Shown here piece by piece: positions 24,645 through 30,363 of a stretch of DNA of 45,008 bases; position 1 is the first letter of the stretch; the number at the start of each line of letters is the position of its first letter. The notes beneath the pieces are model-generated. The model made no database searches. It saw only the letters and a program-made list of their open reading frames with translations, and was not told the origin of the DNA. A program made the position numbers and the translations under genes. Origin of the DNA: Candidatus Methanophagales archaeon. GTDB lineage: Archaea > Halobacteriota > Syntropharchaeia > Alkanophagales > Methanospirareceae. The DNA lies in assembly GCA_028572065.1 (NCBI GenBank), contig JAPVWK010000001.1, forward strand, positions 1-45,008, given 5' to 3'.

Positions 24645-26711
24645 ATGGAGAAACATATAAAAAACAGATTCGATGAAAAAAGACCTTTTGATGTTCTGAG
24701 GGCAGAAGATTTTGGCGGGGACCTTTACGAATTTTATGAGCCGCTTGAAGAATTAATAAGGAAAGTTTCTGGGGTGGATATCACCGGCAGCAGACCCGTA
24801 TTCTTAATCGGAGGGAGAGGCACAGGCAAAACTATGGTGCTGAAATTTTTAAGTTTAGAAATGCAGTTGAAATATTCCATAAAAAATACAGCAAATCAAA
24901 ATAAATCCATAGAAGAATTAAGTGCAGAAGAGATGAAAGCATTTTTAGACAGCACAAAATTTATAGGAATCTTTTTGCATTTTAGAACAACAGAATATGA
25001 TTCTATAAAAGGGGAGGTTGCCCCGTTTTTTAAGCCGTATCTATCTATGAAAGTAGCAGAGCAGATATTCAAATTTCTAATGATTTTTAAATCTTCTGGA
25101 CTGGTGTCCAGCGAGCAGGAAATAAAAATTACGGAATACTTTATCGAGCAGATTAAAGAGCCTACGCCAAGAGCGAAAAATAGTTTTGATGATGCTCTAA
25201 AATTAATTAGGAAAGATATTCTTCCGCAATTTGAAACGATTTTTGAAAAGAGTTCTTATTATTCTATTGATGAAATTAAAAGAGATTTTGGCATTCCGGT
25301 GCTGATTTTCAAAAACATCATTTTTGGTTTACCGGACTTTATATTTAATGAGCTGGATTTTTTGAGAGGAAAGAATATTTTTATCCTTTTAGATGAGTTG
25401 GAATATTTAAATAATTCCCAGAAGCGGTGCATCGGACAGTTGATAAAAGACAGTGATGAAACATCCGTCATATTTAAAGTGGGCTCTCGATATATGCCTG
25501 AAATTCTCCCAGTGGGAGAAAGTAGCGAAGTGCTCCAAGAACCTCATGACTTCAGAAAAATCGATATTACAGATGCACTGAATGCCGCACACAGCGGAAG
25601 AAAAAAAGACTACAACGGACTTATAAGAAAAATATTAAACAAACGCCTATCGAAAAGCAATTTCTTTAAGAGTAGAGGTATAACAAACATAGAACAGTTA
25701 TTTCCGGACCTATCCACCGAAGATGAGGCTGTAGCATTGGTTAACGATCGAGAAAAGCAGTGGGGAAAATTCAAAACCTTCTTAAAAAAATCAAACTCCA
25801 AAGAAGAGATTAAAGATATTATAGACTGCCTTAAGCATCCAAGTAATCCCATTATTGAAAAGCTGAACATGCTTTTATACTACAGGGGGAAATCTCCACA
25901 AGAGATTAAAAAGATGTGTGAAGAGTATCTAAGGGGAGAAAATGAGCAGTATGCTCAACTTTACCAAAAAAATGCCCTCAATCTTTTATTTCAACTATAC
26001 AGTGACTACCGAAGCGAAAAAAAGTATGTCGGAATTGATGTTTTTATCCATTTATCGTCCGGAATAATTCGTAATGCTGTCGAACTCTGCAATCACGCAC
26101 TCAATACAGCATATAATTATGGATATGAACCAGAATCAGGAAAGCCTGTTGAGCCTCTTTGCCAAGATATGGGAGCAAAAAATTACGCTGAACTTGAATA
26201 TGGGGATATAACACGAATTCCTGGCAGCTTGGATTTAGATGATATAACACGAATTCCATTGGGTTTGAAGGTTCAGGATTTTATAAATGAAATCGGCACA
26301 ATTTTTAGGAATCTTCATTTGAATAAGTATTTAGTCGAGCCTGAGCCCACTCATTTTGAAACAACTTACTCAGAAATAACAGGCCAAGCAAAAAAAGTTT
26401 TTGATGCAACTTTAAATTATTCCTACTTGCAGAAAAAACCTCCAATGGACCCTAAAAGCCGCTATGAAACAAAGAAAGGCGACTTTCTTACCAACAGAGT
26501 CTTTGCACCGTACTTTGAAATTTCTTACAGAGTAAGAGGCAGAACCTATATATCCGCTTCTCAAATCTACAATCTTATCATGGGAAATAATGAAGAAAAA
26601 GAGAAGACGCGAAGAAAAATAATCAGAGAAAACACAAAGAAAGAAAAACTTGGAGATGGTATCCAAAAAACCTTAAATCTATATGGGGCGGAAAAAAATG
26701 AGATTGATTGA
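24645..26711 (+). CDS. Large P-loop NTPase (ORC/Cdc6- or STAND-like AAA) with about 430-aa C-terminal extension
   Basis: Walker A is GGRGTGKT (24810-24833) and Walker B is IFILLDE (25377-25397). A strong GGAGG lies 5-9 nt upstream of the ATG. No nuclease motif was recognised. Confidence 0.7.
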   Translation: MEKHIKNRFDEKRPFDVLRAEDFGGDLYEFYEPLEELIRKVSGVDITGSRPVFLIGGRGTGKTMVLKFLSLEMQLKYSIKNTANQNKSIEELSAEEMKAFLDSTKFIGIFLHFRTTEYDSIKGEVAPFFKPYLSMKVAEQIFKFLMIFKSSGLVSSEQEIKITEYFIEQIKEPTPRAKNSFDDALKLIRKDILPQFETIFEKSSYYSIDEIKRDFGIPVLIFKNIIFGLPDFIFNELDFLRGKNIFILLDELEYLNNSQKRCIGQLIKDSDETSVIFKVGSRYMPEILPVGESSEVLQEPHDFRKIDITDALNAAHSGRKKDYNGLIRKILNKRLSKSNFFKSRGITNIEQLFPDLSTEDEAVALVNDREKQWGKFKTFLKKSNSKEEIKDIIDCLKHPSNPIIEKLNMLLYYRGKSPQEIKKMCEEYLRGENEQYAQLYQKNALNLLFQLYSDYRSEKKYVGIDVFIHLSSGIIRNAVELCNHALNTAYNYGYEPESGKPVEPLCQDMGAKNYAELEYGDITRIPGSLDLDDITRIPLGLKVQDFINEIGTIFRNLHLNKYLVEPEPTHFETTYSEITGQAKKVFDATLNYSYLQKKPPMDPKSRYETKKGDFLTNRVFAPYFEISYRVRGRTYISASQIYNLIMGNNEEKEKTRRKIIRENTKKEKLGDGIQKTLNLYGAEKNEID

Positions 26712-27720
26712 AAATTTATCTGTTCTTTCCCTAGAAAAGTTTTTAAGTCCGCCGCGAAAGTGGGATATTTTTATATCCTGTGGGAGCTTTGAAGAGAGAT
26801 GCACGAGAAGCAGTGATATTTTCCCAGATAAAAAAGTGGAAATTGGAACTTCTATAATATTTAATTATAAAGAAACTGACCCAAAAAATAAGAAAGAAGA
26901 ATACATCCAGAGAATAAAATGTAATCTGCAACAGATTTGCAAGTACGTTCATATTTTTGATACAGAGAGCGTCTCTTTACCTTCTGATGGGATAAAAAAG
27001 TTTTTGGTATATCTCAAAGAAAAAGACATTGATTTGAGGGATAAAGAAATAGTTGTTGACATAACTGTATTCACTAAGCCGTATTTTTTTCTCCTTTTTA
27101 AAGTGTTGCAAGAGAAATTTAACCTTCATCAATTTCATATTATTTATACTGAGCCACAGAAATACAAAAGTAGAAACTCTAACAAGAATGAGATTATTTT
27201 GACAGAAGGACTTGATCGTGTCGAATCTAGTCCTGGTTTTGTAGGTTCTTCTATAAATTCCAAAGATGCCTTAATTGTACTTCTTGGATTTGAAGGAAAG
27301 AGAGCAACAGAAGTATTTGATAATATTAACCCGGAATTAACTTTTGCCATCAATGGATTTCCATCATATCAACCTGGATGGCATAAAATAAGCTTGGAAG
27401 CAAACCTGCGCTTTTTAGGAGAATCGGGAGCATCTGATTATTTATTTTTCGCTCCTGCTGTCGATCCGTTTGAAACTAAAAAAGTAGTGTCTCAGATAGT
27501 TAAAGAAATTGAAGAAGACAATCAAGATTTGAATATTGTCATAGCGCCTCTCGGCACTAAGATGCAAGCTTTTGGCGTTTTATTGTATGCTTTTCAAAAT
27601 AACACAACAAAAGTGATTTACCCATTCCCTTCCGTTTATAAAGCGGATTATTCATACAAATATGGACCCACTTGGGTTATTAAGGTTGATTTGAACAAGT
27701 TAAACAGTGAAACAAAATGA
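26698..27720 (+). CDS. Rossmann-like protein of unknown function (CARF/SLOG-like motifs; speculative)
   Basis: 340 aa from the ATG at 26698, with an alternative ATG at 26683. It overlaps the upstream ORF by 14 nt. The pattern is IFISCGSFEER, then VVDITVFTKPYF (D at 27058), then LLGFEGKRA, then IAPLGTKMQAFG, i.e. alternating beta-strand and Gly/Thr-Lys loops. Confidence 0.6.
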   Translation: MRLIENLSVLSLEKFLSPPRKWDIFISCGSFEERCTRSSDIFPDKKVEIGTSIIFNYKETDPKNKKEEYIQRIKCNLQQICKYVHIFDTESVSLPSDGIKKFLVYLKEKDIDLRDKEIVVDITVFTKPYFFLLFKVLQEKFNLHQFHIIYTEPQKYKSRNSNKNEIILTEGLDRVESSPGFVGSSINSKDALIVLLGFEGKRATEVFDNINPELTFAINGFPSYQPGWHKISLEANLRFLGESGASDYLFFAPAVDPFETKKVVSQIVKEIEEDNQDLNIVIAPLGTKMQAFGVLLYAFQNNTTKVIYPFPSVYKADYSYKYGPTWVIKVDLNKLNSETK

Positions 27721-28535
27721 AATTCGTTAAATTCTCAAACAGGTTGTTGATTTGGCATTTTCATATTAAGAAAAAATTTGGATGGCGAGAAACCAAAGAC
27801 CCTTATAAAATCCTCATCTCCGAAATTCTTCTCCACAAGACGGATTCAAAAAAAGTTGAAAAAGTTTATCCAAAATTCATTGACAAATTTCCAACAATAT
27901 ATCATCTCTATCAGGCTGAGCCTGAAGAAATTGATGATCTAATCAAAGATATCGACTTGTTTTACAGGGGACAAAGATTGAAAAAAAATGCAGAACAAAT
28001 TGTTAATCAGTTCAAAGGAAATATTCCTACGCGTAAAGAAGATCTTATGTCCCTTTATGGTGTTGGGGAATATATATCAAATGCAGTTCTGTGCTTTGCA
28101 TTTAAAAAAAGAGTCCCAATTGTTGATACCAATGTAATCAGAGTTTATGGGCGGGTGTTTAATGTTAAATCCCAAAAATCGCGTCCTCATACCGATAAAA
28201 AGATGTGGGATTTTGCAGAAAAAATGCTTCCTAAGGAAAATTACGTGGACTATAATTATGCTCTCCTTGACTTTGCTTCAGATATTTGCAGAGCAAAGAA
28301 TCCTTTATGTGAAATTTGTCCGCTAAAAAGTATATGCGTGTATCGGAAAGAAGGGGGGTATGAGAGCCCAGTGGGAAATAAGGCAGATAGTGTGGATGAT
28401 ATTGCGAGAGGCAAAAAAGTAGCACTATCATCTTTGAAAATGCATGACCTCCGGGTGATAACTGTCGCGAGCATGATTTTCTATGCGAAATGTGAAATGA
28501 AGGGCAAAATTCAGATAAAAGCAGTAAAGAGGTGA
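27717..28535 (+). CDS. HhH-GPD [4Fe-4S] DNA glycosylase of the MutY/Mig/EndoIII family (probable T/U:G mismatch glycosylase partner of the Dcm)
   Basis: DPYKILISEILLHKT resembles the MutY SE..LQQT motif. LMSLYGVGEYISNAV is the HhH motif. VDTNVIRV carries the catalytic Asp. CRAKNPLCEICPLKSIC is a Cys-x7-Cys-x2-Cys-x5-Cys cluster loop. The start overlaps the upstream stop as ATGA. Confidence 0.8.
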   Translation: MKFVKFSNRLLIWHFHIKKKFGWRETKDPYKILISEILLHKTDSKKVEKVYPKFIDKFPTIYHLYQAEPEEIDDLIKDIDLFYRGQRLKKNAEQIVNQFKGNIPTRKEDLMSLYGVGEYISNAVLCFAFKKRVPIVDTNVIRVYGRVFNVKSQKSRPHTDKKMWDFAEKMLPKENYVDYNYALLDFASDICRAKNPLCEICPLKSICVYRKEGGYESPVGNKADSVDDIARGKKVALSSLKMHDLRVITVASMIFYAKCEMKGKIQIKAVKR

Positions 28536-28729
28536 GATAATAAGGCACTGATTTTCCTTCGTCCCGACTTTTCGCTTCGCTCAGACCCTTACGAGTTCGG
28601 ACTACAGAGCGTATCTTGCTCCACCACTTCGTGGTTTCGCGCAAATTTGCTCTACCTACTATCTCTCGCAAACTTCATATATCCGCAGGATGTTATATGA
28701 AATAGAAAGTGTGAAAAGAACTTAAGAAC

Positions 28730-29068
28730 ATGAAACTAAAAAAAATCTCAAAGCAGAAAGAATTAACAGGCAATAACCTCCAACAGACGTTATTCACGGA
28801 AGAACTAACAACGACAAACCATCTTTATCCCTCTAACACAACCCGCCAAGAAATAGAGCACAAATTCAAAAATCAGATACACGAAGAGTTGAAATTAGGC
28901 TCCGTGGTCTCATACATAAGAAACAAAATTGTTGTCATCTGTCCCTCCTTATGTCATTACGAAGAATTTAGTGCAATTGAATACGCAATCTTACGAAAAC
29001 TAATAGAGATTAAAGGATTTGAAGTGGACTTTGTTGAGCATGGCTCGACTCTAAAAAGGAATGAATGA
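28730..29068 (+). CDS. Hypothetical protein, possibly a gene fragment
   Basis: 112-aa ORF with no recognisable motif, surrounded by short broken frames. Confidence 0.25.
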   Translation: MKLKKISKQKELTGNNLQQTLFTEELTTTNHLYPSNTTRQEIEHKFKNQIHEELKLGSVVSYIRNKIVVICPSLCHYEEFSAIEYAILRKLIEIKGFEVDFVEHGSTLKRNE

Positions 29069-29341
29069 GTTTTAAAACTATAAAAGGGTTAAAAATGAAA
29101 CCAGCAGAACTATTACATCTAGAACAAAGACGCACAAGCAAAGCCTACTTAGTCCGTGAACTTCACAAGGGCATTCTCCTGGCGAGAACAGGGCTATCCT
29201 CACACAACAGATACCACCCGCCGTTTATTGCAGTTCTGGTTTGAAGGAGACCTTTTCGGTCACAATGCGCCTTTTCAATTCTGGTTATTTCTCAATCCCA
29301 TACACCAAGGTGGACAAAAATAGGAACTATGGTGCATAGAA

Positions 29342-29797
29342 ATGAGAATTGATGTTTTAACTTCTTTGGCGAAAAAAGATAAAACTTTCACCTTCGGAGA
29401 AGCTTTAGAGATAAGTGGTTTACCAAGAGGCCGTCTGAAAAAAGTAATCTACAGATTAGAACAGAGAGGTGCTATTGAACGCATAGAAAAAGGGAAATAT
29501 ATGATCATCCCGCTGGGTGCAGAAAAGGGAAAATACACGTTAAATGAATTCATTATTGGCTCTTTGCTGGTAAATCCTTATTGCATTGCTTACTGGAGCG
29601 CACTAAATTTTTATGGTTTGACCGAGCAGATACCAAATACTGTTTTCTTACAGACAACTGCAAGAAAGAAAAAGCAGGCAACTGAGATCTTTGGTGTCCG
29701 ATACAGGATTGTTAGAATAAAAGAAGAGAAGTTTTTTGGAATCCGAAAGGAATGGATTGAAGACACGCAAGTAAACATCACAGATAAATCTGGATGA
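29342..29797 (+). pseudogene. AbiEi-family antitoxin, C-terminally truncated
   Basis: The N-terminal wHTH (FTFGEALEISGLPRGRLKKVIYRLEQRGAIERIEKGKY) and YWSALNFYGLTEQIPN are AbiEi hallmarks. The ORF stops right after NITDK, where full-length members continue (TD.EKT..D). Confidence 0.65.
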
Positions 29798-29818
29798 CAA
29801 ACTAATGGGTGATTTGGA

Positions 29819-30139
29819 ATGATACCTTCAAGAGAGATAAGAGAGAAAGCGAGGGAGTGTGGTGTTCCCGAAACAACGGTTGAAAGGGACTATGCTCAGA
29901 ATTGGCTGTTAAAATACATCCCAACTAAAACTATAATTCTAAAAGGTGGCACAGGGATAAGAAAACACTATATTGCAAATTACAGATTCTCTGATGACCT
30001 GGACTTCACATTGCTGGAAGATTTAGAGGAAAAGGATTTAGAAGATGAGATCAGTAACGCAGTAAAAGTCGCTAAAGAAGAAAGCGGAATAAAATTTGAT
30101 AATCGGACGCAGAAGAACGCAGATATTCAGGATTTTTAA
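29819..30139 (+). pseudogene. AbiEii/AbiGii nucleotidyltransferase toxin, truncated after about 100 codons
   Basis: VERDYAQNWLL...LKGGTGIRKHYIANYRFSDDLDFT is the DUF1814/AbiEii N-terminal motif. The last 12 codons (NRTQKNADIQDF) are encoded by the left arm of repeat copy B. Confidence 0.7.
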
Positions 30140-30333
30140 TATACGGAATTGACGTAGGAGAGTATTAGAATCTTCTATTGAGTTTATAATAAACTGGGTT
30201 ATAGTGTTCTGGAAAAGGTTTATGAGATTGCAATGACGATATAAACAGGAAGTTAAACGTAAGGCATTTGATTTTCTGCGTAAATCTGCGTAAATCTGCG
30301 TAAATCTGCGTCCTAAATAGTTAGAACTTGTAC
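30099..30333 (+). repeat. Dispersed repeat family, composite copy B (left arm, GxxExxY-gene remnant, right arm with 10-nt units x4)
   Basis: The left arm ataatcggacgcagaagaacgcagat (30099-30124) matches 32903-32925. An internal frame 30182-30244 reads VYNKLGYSVLEKVYEIAMTI*. The right arm tctgcgtaaa x3 + tctgcgtcctaaatagttagaacttgtac lies at 30274-30333. Confidence 0.85.
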
Positions 30334-30363
30334 TTTATAAACAAAAAATCCACCTAAAAGACG

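Noticed and set aside
28536-28729. A comparatively GC-rich segment of about 150 nt after the glycosylase gene (…ccttcgtcccgacttttcgcttcgctcagaccc…cgtggtttcgcgc…), considered as a tRNA fragment/att site or a small RNA
   Set aside because: I could not fold a cloverleaf or find a T-loop (GTTCRANYC). I also found no convincing extended stem by eye. The 146-aa ORF on the minus strand (28231..28671) overlaps the glycosylase gene and looks spurious. It is left unexplained rather than called.
29096-29335. Short frames (…TTRRLLQFWFEGDLFGHNAPFQFW…) reminiscent of the N-terminus of type III restriction Res/helicase subunits, suggesting a decayed R-M gene
   Set aside because: Only about 30 residues show a vague resemblance and multiple stops are present. 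That is not enough to call a pseudogene.
30274-30318. Possible CRISPR array, because of the short direct repeats (10-nt, 12-nt and 20-nt arrays at 30274, 41476 and 44231)
   Set aside because: The units are contiguous with no spacers, far shorter than CRISPR repeats, and two of the three arrays have another clear explanation (coding microsatellite and promoter duplication). No cas genes are present.
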